The position numbers and the translations under genes are program-made. Below are positions 63,950 through 64,000 of a DNA stretch of 64,000 nucleotides, one piece after another. Below the pieces are notes generated by a model. That model ran no database searches. It worked only from the letters and a program-made list of their open reading frames with translations, and was not told where the DNA came from. Within the stretch, counting starts at the first letter, position 1; every line of letters begins with the position of its first letter. Source of the DNA: Amoebophrya sp. A120 (lineage: Eukaryota > Protista > Dinoflagellata); the NCBI GenBank assembly GCA_905178155.1, contig CAJINV010000002.1, positions 6,304,476 to 6,368,475 on the forward strand, given 5' to 3'.

Positions 63950-64000
63950 ACCAACGTGATCCGTGGAGCGGGCAGGTTTGGGATGATCTCGTATGCGGGT

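Overview
Eukaryotic, gene-dense, intron-containing DNA. Gene content and intron architecture most resemble a parasitic syndinian dinoflagellate such as Amoebophrya (inference). The dominant signal is about 20 short (0.1-0.4 kb) elements interrupting protein-coding genes. Each starts TAT, ends ATA, has terminal inverted repeats (TIRs) from at least 7 TIR types, and is flanked by a 5-bp direct repeat (perfect in most copies). Removing the element plus one repeat copy restores the frame and, in conserved genes, the expected motifs; the junctions checked are not GT-AG. They look like non-canonical, transposon-derived introns (introners), a class already reported in Amoebophrya. Related copies occur in both orientations relative to host transcription, and unrelated TIR types share an internal GCAT(G/C/T)ACA motif. 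A 1.48-kb relative with a perfect 5-bp target duplication lies outside recognisable coding sequence. Other content: SNF1/AMPK-alpha kinase, importin-7/8-like protein, cold-shock-domain + PP2C fusion, F-box-like protein, Cys-rich secreted-type protein, GH31 glycosidase, microbial-type PARG-like protein, U-box + MIF4G protein, a GH7-like glycosidase, and a 5'-deleted Ty1/copia LTR retrotransposon inserted in a 31-bp minisatellite. All splicing is inferred by hand from DNA; no transcript data were seen.
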